Origin: Candidatus Calescibacterium sp. | GTDB taxonomy: Bacteria; Calescibacteriota; Calescibacteriia; Calescibacteriales; Calescibacteriaceae | Direction: 5' to 3' | Length of the DNA: 64,000 nt | Assembly: GCA_032249135.1 (NCBI GenBank) | Contig: JAVVGL010000003.1 | Location: 32,001-96,000 of the forward strand | In this document: in pieces, positions 39,896 through 50,890 of the stretch | Position numbering within the stretch: the stretch's first letter is position 1 | Layout of the letters: every line of letters starts with the position of its first letter | Notes under the pieces: generated by a model | Told to the model about the DNA's origin: nothing | Seen by the model: only the letters and a program-made list of their open reading frames with translations | Database searches by the model: none | Position numbers and translations under genes: made by a program

Positions 39896-40552
39896 ATGGG
39901 ACAAAAAACACATCCGATAGGTTTTAGGTTGGGAATAAATAAGAGTTGGAACTCAATATGGACAGCCCCAACAAAGCAGGATTACTCTCGCCTACTTCAT
40001 GAAGACCTAAAAATAAGAGACTGGATAAAAAAAACATATTATAATGCTGCAATAGAGAAAATAATAATAAAAAGAATAATGGACAGAATATTCATTGAAA
40101 TACACTGTGCAAAAATTGGAGTAGTTATAGGTAAAAAAGCTGCGGGCATAGAAAGGATTAAAAATTTTGTCTCTCAAGTTGCAAAAATACCAAAAGATAA
40201 CATTTCCATCGACATAATAGAGATAAGAAATCCTGACATTTCCGCTCAACTTATAGCTGAAAGTATAGCATCGCATATGGAGAAAAATATTCCATATAGA
40301 CCTGCAATGAAAAGAGCAATCGCTGCTGCTCTTCGTGCTGGTGCAAAAGGTATAAAAATAAACTGTGAGGGAAGACTGGGAGGTGTAGAACTAGCCAGAG
40401 CAGAATGGATTTTACAAGGGAGATTGCCTCTACAAACAATAAGAGCTGATATAGATTACGGTTTTGCAGTCGCAAAAACTAAATGGGGAACAAACGGGGT
40501 CACAGTTTGGATATTCAAAGGAGAAATTCTCGGAGGCGGAGTCGTAAGATGA
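39896..40552 (+). CDS. rpsC: 30S ribosomal protein uS3
   Basis: MGQKTHPIGFRLG, GRLGG.E.AR.E, PLQTIRADIDY. Confidence 0.97.
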   Translation: MGQKTHPIGFRLGINKSWNSIWTAPTKQDYSRLLHEDLKIRDWIKKTYYNAAIEKIIIKRIMDRIFIEIHCAKIGVVIGKKAAGIERIKNFVSQVAKIPKDNISIDIIEIRNPDISAQLIAESIASHMEKNIPYRPAMKRAIAAALRAGAKGIKINCEGRLGGVELARAEWILQGRLPLQTIRADIDYGFAVAKTKWGTNGVTVWIFKGEILGGGVVR

Positions 40553-41706
40553 AAAGTTTTATTTTTAACCTCAGGACCAAAGTCGTAGTCGGTAAAAATT
40601 CAATAAATGAAATCCCAACAGAACTTGATAAATTAGGTGTAAACAAAGTCCTCATAGTAACAGACAAAATCATTTCTGAAAAAACAGATATAATAAAGAG
40701 GATAAAAGAAGTTCTTGATGGAAGAAAAAAATATGTTGTGTTTGATGATGTCAAACCTGATTCTGAGTGTTCAATAGTAGATAGGGCTTTTGAGATAGCA
40801 AAAAGTGAATCAGTAGATGGACTTTTGAGCGTTGGAGGCGGTTCTTCAATAGATACAGCAAAAGCAGTTGCCATACTTTTTGAAAAAGGAGGAAATATAA
40901 GAGATCATACGGGGGTTTATATTTTGACTAAACCAACTCTGCCTCATATTGCTGTTCCAACAACTGCTGGAACAGGCTCAGAAGTCTCTCATGTCGCAGT
41001 AATAAAAGATGAAAAAGAAGGAAGGAAACTTGTTTATGTTGACTGGTATATTATGCCACATGTTGCAATTTTAGACCCTACTTTAACCGTATCTATGCCT
41101 CCGTCTGTTACTGCTCACACAGGTATGGATGCTCTAACTCATTGTATAGAAGCTATTCACTCAACAGAAAATAATCCTGTTTCTGATGCGTTCGCTATGC
41201 ACGGAATAAGGCTCATAAAAGAGAATTTACCACGAGCCATTGAAAATCCGCAAGATTTAGAAGCTCGCCAGAATATGCAAGTCGCCGCGATGATGGGAGG
41301 AGCAGCTTTTACAAACGCACAAGTTGGTATCGTTCACGCCATAGCTCACTCTATCGGAGCTATGTATGGAATACCTCACGGTTTGGCAAATTCTTTAATT
41401 TTGCCCTATGGTATGATGTTCAACTTACCTGAGTGTCCAAGATATAAACTTGTGGCAGAAGCATTTGGATTGAGTGATTCGGATGAAAAAAGACTTGCAA
41501 GAAAAGCAATAGATGAAGTTTTGAAATTTATAGAGAGGTTGGGTCTTCCAAAAACTTTAAAAGAAGTTGGAGTGAAAAAAGAAGATTTCCAGAAAATAGC
41601 GGAGCTTGCAATTGGAGATCCATCTATAATTTCAAATCCAAGATTTGCTATAATGCCGGAGGCAATTTTAGAAGTTCTTGAAAATGCATATGAAGGAAAA
41701 ATATAA
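40549..41706 (+). CDS. iron-containing alcohol dehydrogenase
   Basis: GGGSSID, PTTAGTGSE, DALTH, HAIAH, HG; ATG overlaps the rpsC TGA. Confidence 0.93.
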   Translation: MKSFIFNLRTKVVVGKNSINEIPTELDKLGVNKVLIVTDKIISEKTDIIKRIKEVLDGRKKYVVFDDVKPDSECSIVDRAFEIAKSESVDGLLSVGGGSSIDTAKAVAILFEKGGNIRDHTGVYILTKPTLPHIAVPTTAGTGSEVSHVAVIKDEKEGRKLVYVDWYIMPHVAILDPTLTVSMPPSVTAHTGMDALTHCIEAIHSTENNPVSDAFAMHGIRLIKENLPRAIENPQDLEARQNMQVAAMMGGAAFTNAQVGIVHAIAHSIGAMYGIPHGLANSLILPYGMMFNLPECPRYKLVAEAFGLSDSDEKRLARKAIDEVLKFIERLGLPKTLKEVGVKKEDFQKIAELAIGDPSIISNPRFAIMPEAILEVLENAYEGKI

Positions 41707-41723
41707 TTTTTTTCCTCTAAACC

Positions 41724-43049
41724 ATGAAGGGGAAAAATAGTTTTTTTCTCCTAAATCTTGGATGTCCAAAAAATCTTGTTGATTCAGAAAATCTTTCACT
41801 TGAACTTATGAAAATTGGTCTTTCTCCTTCCTCTGACCCCCAAGAAGCAGATTTTATAATAGTCAATACTTGTGGATTTATTGAAGAAGCAAGAAAGATG
41901 AGTTTAGAGTATTCTAAAGAACTTTCTTCTTATGGGAAAAGGGTTATTGTTTTTGGTTGTCTGCCAAAAAGAATAGGAGTAGATAAAGTCAAAAAACTTG
42001 TCGGAGCGGATTTTGTTCTGAAAGATAAAGAAGATGTTATTAATTTGATTTCTCTTAACTTGCAAAAGAACGGTTCAGCAAAATGGAGAGATTTGAATTT
42101 AAAACTTCCTCCTCGCCTTAATACGCTCTCTCCTTTTTCAGCTTATGTTAAGCTTTCAGAAGGGTGTTCCCGAAAATGCACTTTCTGTTCAATTCCTCTC
42201 ATAAGAGGAGTTTTAAAATCAAGACCAGAAGAGGAGATATTGAACGAAATAAAGTATCTTGCAACCGAAGCCGGAGTAAAAGAGTTTATCCTTATATCTC
42301 AGGATACAACTATGTGGGGAGTAGATCTTGGGAAAAAGAGAGAAGAATTTTTCAAGCTTCTGGATAAAATATCCGAAATAGATGGAGTTGAATGGATAAG
42401 ACTTTTTTATGTTTATCCTGATAGCTTTGCTGAAAAACTTATAGAGTACATAGCTTCTAACCCAAAGGTAGTCAGATACATTGAGATGCCATTCCAACAT
42501 ATAGATGATGAAATTTTAAGTGCTATGGGTAGAGCAACTCGTGAAGCAACAATAAATAAAATAATGGACAAGGTCAAAGAGATTTTACCTGAACTTGAAA
42601 TAAGAACCGAGTTTATTGTTGGTTTTCCCGGCGAGACAGAGGAAAAGTTTGAAAAACTTTTGAGCTTTGTTGAAAAATACAAGTTCTCTTGGCTTGGAGT
42701 TTTTTCATTTTCACCAGAAATCGGAACGCCCGCCTTTGAGTTGTGGAAGAAAAACCCTGTGAGCAAGAAAACTCGTGAAAGAAGGAAAAAAGAGCTTATG
42801 GAGCTTTGGACAAAAATTCTTTTAGGAAAGCAAAAAGAAAGATTGGGGAAAGTTTTCAGGTGTATAAATCAAGGCGATAGAAAATTCAGAACTTATTTTC
42901 AAGCTCCCGAAATAGATGGTGAAGTTATTCTGAAATTTGATAAAAAAGGAAATTTTTCCCCAATTTTAGACTCTCCATTTTGTGAAATAAAGATCATAGA
43001 TTTTGATGGTCCCGACCTCATAGGAGAACCTACATCTATAATCTACTAA
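41724..43049 (+). CDS. rimO: ribosomal protein S12 methylthiotransferase
   Basis: LGCPKNLVDSE, NTCGFI, CSRKCTFC, QAPEIDG. Confidence 0.93.
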   Translation: MKGKNSFFLLNLGCPKNLVDSENLSLELMKIGLSPSSDPQEADFIIVNTCGFIEEARKMSLEYSKELSSYGKRVIVFGCLPKRIGVDKVKKLVGADFVLKDKEDVINLISLNLQKNGSAKWRDLNLKLPPRLNTLSPFSAYVKLSEGCSRKCTFCSIPLIRGVLKSRPEEEILNEIKYLATEAGVKEFILISQDTTMWGVDLGKKREEFFKLLDKISEIDGVEWIRLFYVYPDSFAEKLIEYIASNPKVVRYIEMPFQHIDDEILSAMGRATREATINKIMDKVKEILPELEIRTEFIVGFPGETEEKFEKLLSFVEKYKFSWLGVFSFSPEIGTPAFELWKKNPVSKKTRERRKKELMELWTKILLGKQKERLGKVFRCINQGDRKFRTYFQAPEIDGEVILKFDKKGNFSPILDSPFCEIKIIDFDGPDLIGEPTSIIY

Positions 43050-43091
43050 CTTTTTTTTCTACTTTTTCCTTCCGAATTAATTTTTATTATA

Positions 43092-45179
43092 ATGGATGAT
43101 ATTCTCAAACTCTATTTTAATGAAACGGAAGAACTTATTGATCAGATACTTGATGATATTGATTTGTTAAAAAACGAACCATCGGTAGACGTTATAAATG
43201 AAATTTTAAGGAAGTTTCATACAATAAAAGGGAGCTCATATAGCGTAGGCTTTAAGAAAATAGGTGATTTAGCCCATAAAATTGAAGATTTCTTCGTGAA
43301 AATAAGAGATGGAAAAGAAGAATTAAACGACGAAATTATCTCAAATTTAATATCTGTAGTTGAAAAACTTCGGAATTTTGTAGAAACCATTTCGTCTCAA
43401 GAATCACCGCAGGATACCGGACTTGAAATTGATTTTGAAATTGGAGAATATGATAGGGACACTCACAAACCTCCCACCGCATCCTCTGAAATATCTTACT
43501 CCCCACAAACATCTTATACCCTCCAAATCCCCGGTCAAGTATCAGATAAACAACTCATAAGAGAGCAAGTAAAAGAAAAGTTAAGCGATAAATCTATTGT
43601 TGATTATCTCTCTGACTCTGAAATAATTCAGTTGAAAAGGTATATTGATGAGCAAAGAGATTTATATCTCGGTTTTTTAAAATTATCCTTTGATAGCGAA
43701 TATGATAAGGAAGGTAGAAACGTAATGCAGACCATAAAAGATAAAGGTTTTGAGATAATATCCACAATCACAAAAATAGAAGGAGATTTTATAATATTCT
43801 GTTTCATAATTTCACCAACAAGAGATGATGCAAATATAGAGGAATTAAAGAAAATAATAGAAGTTCAAAAAATCCTTTCTTTTACCAAAAAGGTAAAATC
43901 CATTGCTCAACCTTCCAAGATTTCGCTCAAAGTAGATATATCTGAAATTGAAAAAATAATGAATATAATCGGGGACCTTGTGACTATAAAGAACTCTCTT
44001 CAAATCCTTCTTGAACCTCTGTTCGCATCTTTCGGAATTCAACAGCAGGAACTAATACAAAAGATAAGAGATAATATGTCGGAAGTGGAGAGAAAAATAA
44101 GAGATATACAAGATATAGTCCTTGAAATAAGAATGTTCTCATTAGATGATATATTAAAGCTTGTTGAAAGAGATATAATTAGTACAGCAAATGAGCTTGG
44201 AAAAAAGGTTGAAGTAAGAAGGGAAGGAGAAAGTATCTCAATTGATACAGAGATAGCTCGCAGGTTAAGAAATTCACTCCTGCACATAGCAAGAAATTCC
44301 GTTACTCATGGGATAGAACCACCAGAGGAGAGAAGAAAATTAGGAAAAAATGAGGTGGGCAAGGTTATAATAAGAACAAGACAAAAGGGAAGATATATAG
44401 TTACAGAAATAATAGATGACGGAAAAGGTATAGATCCAGCTTATGTTGTGCAAAAATACCTTGCGTGGAAACAATCAAATCCAATTCTTGCAAGAAAATA
44501 TGATTTCGGTGAAACAGAAAATGATTTTAAATTGCCAGATGGTTCATGGAATAAGGAAAAAGTTTTCAAACTCCTCTTCCTACCAGGTTTTTCTACAAAG
44601 GACTCAGCAGATAAAGGTGCCGGTCGCGGAGCAGGACTATATGAGGTCAAAAGAGAAATTGAAGAATTTATGGGTGGAAGAATATATGTAAGGTCTGAAC
44701 CTGGTGAAGGAACAACATTCTCTATACAAATTCCAACTGCAAGGATAGTCGTTGAAACCGTCATATTTCAATGGAAAGGAAAAAAATACGCCCTCCCATT
44801 ATCTTCAATAACGAAAACCGAAATTTTTCCTGAAAACAAAGATATTATTATAAAGGTCTTACAAGGAAGAAAAATAGTAGAAATATCAGGAAGGGAATAT
44901 CCTCTTCTGACCCTTGAAGAAATATTTGAAAACCGTATATCTGAACTTCCAGAAAGATTCTATATATTCATCGTAGAATCAGAAGAAGGTAAATATTCTG
45001 ATATAGGACTCGTAGCAGACGAAATATTAGACATAAGAGATGCTGTTATGAAAAATTTAGATAAGAATATTCTAAATTTAAAAGGAATCTCATCTGTAAT
45101 AGAAGTTATAGGGGAAGAAGGAAAAAAGGAAATAATTCCTGTCATAGATGTAATGAGAATTCCAGAACTTATATCCTAA
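43092..45179 (+). CDS. cheA: chemotaxis histidine kinase
   Basis: Hpt FHTIKG, RNSVTHGIE, DDGKGID, PGFST, GRG.G, CheW-like C-terminus. Confidence 0.92.
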   Translation: MDDILKLYFNETEELIDQILDDIDLLKNEPSVDVINEILRKFHTIKGSSYSVGFKKIGDLAHKIEDFFVKIRDGKEELNDEIISNLISVVEKLRNFVETISSQESPQDTGLEIDFEIGEYDRDTHKPPTASSEISYSPQTSYTLQIPGQVSDKQLIREQVKEKLSDKSIVDYLSDSEIIQLKRYIDEQRDLYLGFLKLSFDSEYDKEGRNVMQTIKDKGFEIISTITKIEGDFIIFCFIISPTRDDANIEELKKIIEVQKILSFTKKVKSIAQPSKISLKVDISEIEKIMNIIGDLVTIKNSLQILLEPLFASFGIQQQELIQKIRDNMSEVERKIRDIQDIVLEIRMFSLDDILKLVERDIISTANELGKKVEVRREGESISIDTEIARRLRNSLLHIARNSVTHGIEPPEERRKLGKNEVGKVIIRTRQKGRYIVTEIIDDGKGIDPAYVVQKYLAWKQSNPILARKYDFGETENDFKLPDGSWNKEKVFKLLFLPGFSTKDSADKGAGRGAGLYEVKREIEEFMGGRIYVRSEPGEGTTFSIQIPTARIVVETVIFQWKGKKYALPLSSITKTEIFPENKDIIIKVLQGRKIVEISGREYPLLTLEEIFENRISELPERFYIFIVESEEGKYSDIGLVADEILDIRDAVMKNLDKNILNLKGISSVIEVIGEEGKKEIIPVIDVMRIPELIS

Positions 45180-45244
45180 AATAGTTGTGAAAATCAGATT
45201 TATTCAAATTTATTCAATCTTTACTTTAATATTTTTATTTCATA

Positions 45245-46363
45245 ATGGAAGATCGTCAAGAAAAAAGTGAAAGAATAAAAAAAGGTAAATTAAGATATGG
45301 GTGGACAACAGGAACCTGCGCATCAGTATCGGCAAAAGCAGCAACATACGCTCTTTTGGGTAAAAATATATCTGAAATAAAAAAAGTAGAAGTTTCATTA
45401 CCAATAAAAGATCAGAAAGCATGCCTTGAAATATTCAAAGTTGAAAAATCAAATGGCGAAGCATTTGCTTTAACAATAAAAGACGCAGGAGATGACCCAG
45501 ATGTCACTCACGGTGCTCAAATAGGAGCCAGAGTAAGATTCGCAAAAGAAAAAGGCATAAAAATTTTAGGTGGCGAAGGCGTAGGAAAAGTGACAAAACC
45601 AGGACTTGGACTTGAACCAGGTGAACCAGATATAACTCATGTTCCAAGAAAAATGATAAAAAATGCAGTCATTTCTGCTGCTGTGGAGATGGGATTTAGA
45701 GAAGAAGAGCTGTGTCTTGAAGTTGAAATTTTTGTTCCTGATGGAAAAGAGAGAGCAAAAAAAACTATGCTTGAGCGCCTTGGAGTTATCGGAGGTATAG
45801 GAATTCTTGGAACTTTGGGAATAGTAGTTCCATATTCTACAGGGGCTTGGAAAGCTTCTATTGGTCAGCAAATTTCAGTTGCAAAAGAAAGCGGAGTTGA
45901 TACAATAGTTTGCACAACAGGAAGACAAAGCGAAGAACTTGCAAAAAAATTGTTCCCGGAACTTCCTGATGTTGCATTTGTTGATGTTGGCGATTTTATA
46001 GGATTTACGGTTCGCTTTGCATCACAGAAAAAAATTCAAAGGATTATCCTTGCTGGCTTCATAGGTAAAATATCTAAAATCGCAAAGGGAGAAGAATACA
46101 CACACGCTAAAAAATCAAGCGTAGATATTGATTTTCTCGTGGAAACAGCAAAGGAGTATGCTTCACCTGAGATTTTGGAATTGCTTTCTAATGCAAATAC
46201 TGCACGGGAGTTTGCTCAAATTGCAAAATCTTTCGGATTAACTGAAATTTTCAAAAAAGTTGCGCAGCTTGCCAAAAAAAAATTAGAAGAAATTTCCGGA
46301 AGTCACATTGAAGTTGTAATTTTTGATTTAGAGGATGGGGGAGTCCTCGCTTATGAAAAATAA
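45245..46363 (+). CDS. cbiD: cobalt-precorrin-5B C1-methyltransferase
   Basis: G.TTGTCA, KDAGDDPDVTHG, GVGKVTKPGL, ILGT.GIV.P. Confidence 0.95.
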   Translation: MEDRQEKSERIKKGKLRYGWTTGTCASVSAKAATYALLGKNISEIKKVEVSLPIKDQKACLEIFKVEKSNGEAFALTIKDAGDDPDVTHGAQIGARVRFAKEKGIKILGGEGVGKVTKPGLGLEPGEPDITHVPRKMIKNAVISAAVEMGFREEELCLEVEIFVPDGKERAKKTMLERLGVIGGIGILGTLGIVVPYSTGAWKASIGQQISVAKESGVDTIVCTTGRQSEELAKKLFPELPDVAFVDVGDFIGFTVRFASQKKIQRIILAGFIGKISKIAKGEEYTHAKKSSVDIDFLVETAKEYASPEILELLSNANTAREFAQIAKSFGLTEIFKKVAQLAKKKLEEISGSHIEVVIFDLEDGGVLAYEK

Positions 46364-46389
46364 CAATGATGACTCCCCCACCTTCAATT

Positions 46390-47001
46390 TTATTTCAGAA
46401 CTTCTCCGACTCTTCCAACTATATCTGGTCCCGGTTTTAATGTTTTCTTACCAGGTTCCCACTTTGCAGGGCAGGCTTCATCTGGGTGTTTGTAGACATG
46501 TTGAAATGCCTTTATCTTTCTCACAAGCTCATCAGCGTTTCTTCCTACCGGGTAGTGATTTACTTCTGATCCTACCAATATTCCATCTGGATTTATTATA
46601 AATGTTCCTCTCAAAGCAAGACCTGTATTTTCATCGTATACTCCGAATATTCTTGATATTGTTCCTGTTGGATCTGCAGCCATTTTCCATTTGAAGTCTT
46701 TCATAAGAGGTTCATCTTTGCACCATGCAAGATGAACATATTGAGTGTCTGTTGAGCATGCTATAACTTCTACATTTGCTTTTGTGAGATCATCATACTT
46801 TTCGTTAACATCTGCAAGTTCTGTTGGACATACGAAAGTGAAGTCAGCCGGATAGAAGAAAAACACTACCCATTTACCTTGCTGTAAAAGGTCATAAAGG
46901 TTCATTTGACCAAAACCTTTTTTCTGCGGATCATAATATGTTACTTTAAAGTCAGGTACTTTCTGTCCTACTTTTATTTCCTTTATGCTTCCATCTACCA
47001 T
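46390..47001 (-). CDS. ahpC: 2-Cys peroxiredoxin
   Basis: YPADFTFVCPTE, GRN..E, CPAKW. Confidence 0.95.
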   Translation of the reverse strand: MVDGSIKEIKVGQKVPDFKVTYYDPQKKGFGQMNLYDLLQQGKWVVFFFYPADFTFVCPTELADVNEKYDDLTKANVEVIACSTDTQYVHLAWCKDEPLMKDFKWKMAADPTGTISRIFGVYDENTGLALRGTFIINPDGILVGSEVNHYPVGRNADELVRKIKAFQHVYKHPDEACPAKWEPGKKTLKPGPDIVGRVGEVLK

Positions 47002-47241
47002 ATTTTTTCACCTCCTCTTTTATTTTTGTTTCATTTTTACATTATTCATTTGATTTCGGGTTGTGGTAATTTCAAAAAATTTTTAGATGCAAAAAATTTG
47101 CAAGTAAAACAAAAAAAATTTTTTCACTCTCAATCTCTGCATTCATAATAAATAAGTTTTTTTAGAATTTATTTTCTTTTTTTTCTATTTTAATAATATG
47201 TATTTCTGTTTCAAATAATTAGCAAATTGTGTTGAAAACAT

Positions 47242-48003
47242 ATGCAAAGCATGACCGGATATGGAATAGAGTATGCGGATATTCAAGGAGAGAAGTTCGT
47301 TTGCATAATAAAATCTCTCAACAGCAAATACCTTGATATATTTTTTGACTTACCAGATGAGATTATTCCTCTTGAACCTAAGATGAAAAAAGAGATAAAA
47401 AAGAGGATAAACAGAGGAAAAATAGAAGTTATAATAAGGAAGCAGTCAAGATCAAAACCGATAATAAGCTTTATCTTCAGGGTAAGAAATGAAGAGAAAC
47501 TCAAAGATGAGATTTTCTCCTTATTTTTATCAGCTCTCGCAAAGCTTGTGGAATCAAGGGAAGAAGAAGGAGAAGCAATAAAAGATGAAATAGAAGATAG
47601 GATAAAGAAGCTAAAAGATATAATCTCAGAAATAGAGATAATTCATAGAAACTTCCCATCAATCATAAAGAACAATCTCAAGGAAAGGATCAATCAGATA
47701 AAAGAAGAATTAGGGATACAAGATATTCCAGAGAGTGTAATAGATTCCGCAGGTGTTGTCCATATTGTGAGAAAAGCAGACATATCGGAGGAAATATCAA
47801 GAATAAAAGCACACATCAATTCTTTTGAGGAAGAGTTAAAAGGGGATGGAGATGGCAGAAAACTTATGTTCATATCTCAGGAGATTTTGAGAGAATTCAA
47901 TACCATAGGTAGTAAATCTCTTGACATCAAAATAATTGAGAAAGTAATAGAAGCCAAAATGGAGATAGAGAGAATAAGAGAACAACTTCATAATATTGAG
48001 TGA
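47242..48003 (+). CDS. YicC/YloC-family endoribonuclease
   Basis: SMTGYG, RGK, DI.EE..R, GRKL.F..QE..RE.NT.GSK, IREQ..NIE. Confidence 0.9.
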   Translation: MQSMTGYGIEYADIQGEKFVCIIKSLNSKYLDIFFDLPDEIIPLEPKMKKEIKKRINRGKIEVIIRKQSRSKPIISFIFRVRNEEKLKDEIFSLFLSALAKLVESREEEGEAIKDEIEDRIKKLKDIISEIEIIHRNFPSIIKNNLKERINQIKEELGIQDIPESVIDSAGVVHIVRKADISEEISRIKAHINSFEEELKGDGDGRKLMFISQEILREFNTIGSKSLDIKIIEKVIEAKMEIERIREQLHNIE

Positions 48004-48055
48004 ATTGTTGGAAGAGATTAGGAATTGGAAAAAAGTTATCACAATAATTTTTACA

Positions 48056-49492
48056 TCAGAACTCACTTATGTCTTTGATTTGCTCCAATTTTCTTGTTAT
48101 TCCTTCTCTGATAGCTATTGCTGCAACAGCATCAGCAACGGTATCAACAACCCTACGATCAAAAATAGAAGGAATTATGTACTCTTCATACAGTTCTGAG
48201 TCATCTATAAGATTAGCAATTGCATATGCGGCGGCAATTTTCATATCATCTAATATTTTCTTAGCTCTTACACTCAAGACCCCCTTGAAAAAGCCAGGGT
48301 AAACAAGAGCATTATTTATTTGATTCGGAAAATCTGACCTTCCAGTAGCCACTATTCTTGCATACATTTCAGCTTCAATTGGATTCACCTCCGGTATTGG
48401 ATTTGCCAAGGTGAAAACTATCGCATCTTTTTCCATAACTTTCAAATCTTCTCCTTTAAGTATGTTCCCAACAGAAAGACCTATAAAAACATCTGCTCCC
48501 TTGAGAGCTCCCTTTAAATCTCCCTTATAATTATCTGGATTTGTGTATTGTGCAACATCTGCTTGATATTCGTTTAGAGCATTTTCTCCATCATTTCCTA
48601 TTGCTCCCTTCTTATCACACAAAATTAAGTTCTTTACCCCCATTTTAAGAAGTAGTTTTGCAGTTGCAAGCCCAGCAGCACCTGCACCATTTATGACTAT
48701 TTTTACATCTTGGAGACTTTTGCTAACGATTTTTAAAGAATTCAAAAGGGCAGCAAGGATAACAATTGCTGTTGCGTGCTGATCATCGTGCATAACAGGA
48801 ATGTCAAGCTCTTCCTGTAACCTTCTTTCCACCTCAAAGCATCTCGGAGCTGATATATCTTCAAGATTTATAGCTCCAAAAACAGGAGAAATCATCTTTA
48901 CCACTTCAACTATTTTATCAACATCTTGTGTGGCAATACATATGGGAAACCCATTTACGCCTGCAAATTCTTTCAATATAGCAGCTTTTCCTTCCATCAC
49001 AGGTATTGCAGCATAAGGTCCTACATTTCCAAACCCTAAAACTGCGCTACCATCTGTCACAATAGCGACCGTATTTGACTTTATGGTGTGTGTAAAAGCA
49101 ATGTCTGGAATTTTCTCTATTGCCTTAACAACCCTTCCTACCCCTGGTGTATATATTCTTGCGAGGTCTTCTGTTGTAGTAATTCTTCTTTTTGATACAA
49201 CTTCTAATTTCCCGTGAAGATGAGCAAGAAAAGTTCTATCTGAAACAAATTCAACGGAAACACCATCAACACTTGAAAGCTCTTTTATTATTTCCTTTGC
49301 ATGATTTCCATCTCTGACATTGACATGTATATCTCTGATAACCCAGTATCTACTTGTCTCAACGAGTTCAACGCCTCTGACTTCACCTCCCATCCTCGTT
49401 ATCACAGATGTTATATTTCCCAGCATTCCTGGAATATTTCTGAACTTCAATCTGATAAAAATCGTATAAGTAGGAGAAGAAGTAAAAAACAT
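48056..49492 (-). CDS. NAD(P)-dependent malic enzyme with N-terminal ACT domain
   Basis: ACT (N.PG.LG), YTPGV, VMEGKA, LEDISAP, HDDQH, ATGRSDFPNQINN. Confidence 0.93.
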   Translation of the reverse strand: MFFTSSPTYTIFIRLKFRNIPGMLGNITSVITRMGGEVRGVELVETSRYWVIRDIHVNVRDGNHAKEIIKELSSVDGVSVEFVSDRTFLAHLHGKLEVVSKRRITTTEDLARIYTPGVGRVVKAIEKIPDIAFTHTIKSNTVAIVTDGSAVLGFGNVGPYAAIPVMEGKAAILKEFAGVNGFPICIATQDVDKIVEVVKMISPVFGAINLEDISAPRCFEVERRLQEELDIPVMHDDQHATAIVILAALLNSLKIVSKSLQDVKIVINGAGAAGLATAKLLLKMGVKNLILCDKKGAIGNDGENALNEYQADVAQYTNPDNYKGDLKGALKGADVFIGLSVGNILKGEDLKVMEKDAIVFTLANPIPEVNPIEAEMYARIVATGRSDFPNQINNALVYPGFFKGVLSVRAKKILDDMKIAAAYAIANLIDDSELYEEYIIPSIFDRRVVDTVADAVAAIAIREGITRKLEQIKDISEF

Positions 49493-49632
49493 GTTTTTAT
49501 AAGTAAAAATTGGTGATGCTTAACATCTATTGCCAAAAACACAACAATTTTCGGTAATTTTTGAAATTAAGCTCCCCCAACCTTTTCAAAATTGAAACTA
49601 TAAATTTTTCCTGCTTTAAACTATTATTTTCT

Positions 49633-50781
49633 ATGCCCGAAAGGTTTGTATATCTTGATTATAACGCTACAACTCCAATGAGAGATGAAGTTGTAGAGGA
49701 GATGATAAAGGTTATAAATGCAGGAAATCCTTCTTCACCACACTGGTCAGGTAGAGAGGCAAGAGCTTTTTTAGATTCTGCAAGAGAGAAAGTAGCAGAA
49801 ATCTTGGGAACAGAAGCTTATGAAATAATTTTTAACTCAGGAGCAACAGAGGGTAACAACACAGTTATAAAAGGCATAGCTTTCTATGAGATGAAGAAAA
49901 ATAGAACTCCGTTTTTCATTTCAACATATGTAGAACATAGCTCTGTTTTGAGACCCCTTGAATTCGTAAGAGAGCTCGGAGCAAAAGTTGAATTTGTAAA
50001 AGTAGATAATTACGGTATCCCTGATCCGGATGATTTTAGAAAAATTATAAAGAAAAATGGGAAACCATCTTTGATATCTGTTATGTATGTGAATAATGAA
50101 ACAGGAGTTATTTTGCCTTTGGAGGAAATAATAAAGATAGCAAAGGAGTATGAAGTTCTTGTACATTCAGATATAGTTCAAGCAGTAGGTAAGCTGGAAA
50201 TAAATTTAAGGAAACTTGGAATCGATTTTGCAACATTTTCGGCACACAAAATATATGGTCCGAAGGGAATCGGTGTTCTTTATGTTAAAAAAGGGACTCC
50301 GATTGAACCATTAATACATGGAGGGAAACAAGAAGACGGGTTGAGGGCAGGCACACAAAATGTTGCAGGTGCAGTTGGACTTGCAAAAGCTCTTGAAATT
50401 TGTACAAAAGAAATGAAAGAAGAAAACAAAAGATTGAGAAAAATTCAGGAGCTCTTTGAAAGAATGGTTCTTGAAATAGATGGGACAAAAATAAATGGTC
50501 ATCCGGAATTTAGAATTCCTACAACCTCAAATGTTCTCTTTAAAGGAATAGAAGGAGAAACATTAATGATATCGCTTGATCTTGAAGGTATAGCCGTTTC
50601 CATGGGATCGGCTTGCTCTGCGGAATCAAAAACTCCCTCACATGTTCTCACAGCTATGGGAATGACCGAAGAAGATGCAAAAAGTTCAATAAGATTTTCC
50701 TTCGGCTTTTACACAAAAGAAGAAGATATATTCTACACAATTGAAAAACTAAAAGAAATCATAAAAAAGTTGAGAGATTAA
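49633..50781 (+). CDS. iscS: cysteine desulfurase (IscS/NifS type)
   Basis: YLDYNATTP, SGATE, NNETG, SAHKIYGPKG, GSAC. Confidence 0.93.
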   Translation: MPERFVYLDYNATTPMRDEVVEEMIKVINAGNPSSPHWSGREARAFLDSAREKVAEILGTEAYEIIFNSGATEGNNTVIKGIAFYEMKKNRTPFFISTYVEHSSVLRPLEFVRELGAKVEFVKVDNYGIPDPDDFRKIIKKNGKPSLISVMYVNNETGVILPLEEIIKIAKEYEVLVHSDIVQAVGKLEINLRKLGIDFATFSAHKIYGPKGIGVLYVKKGTPIEPLIHGGKQEDGLRAGTQNVAGAVGLAKALEICTKEMKEENKRLRKIQELFERMVLEIDGTKINGHPEFRIPTTSNVLFKGIEGETLMISLDLEGIAVSMGSACSAESKTPSHVLTAMGMTEEDAKSSIRFSFGFYTKEEDIFYTIEKLKEIIKKLRD

Positions 50782-50890
50782 ATAATTCTTATGTACCATC
50801 AAAACTTTTCTGCTCGAGATGGTCGAGAAATTTTAACAACAGACCGATAAGTAAAATTTAATTTTGACAAATAAAATTGTAAAGGATGGA

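Noticed and set aside
50843-50850. Sigma-28 -10-like ACCGATAA upstream of rpn copy 2
   Set aside because: No TAAA at the required 15-nt spacing
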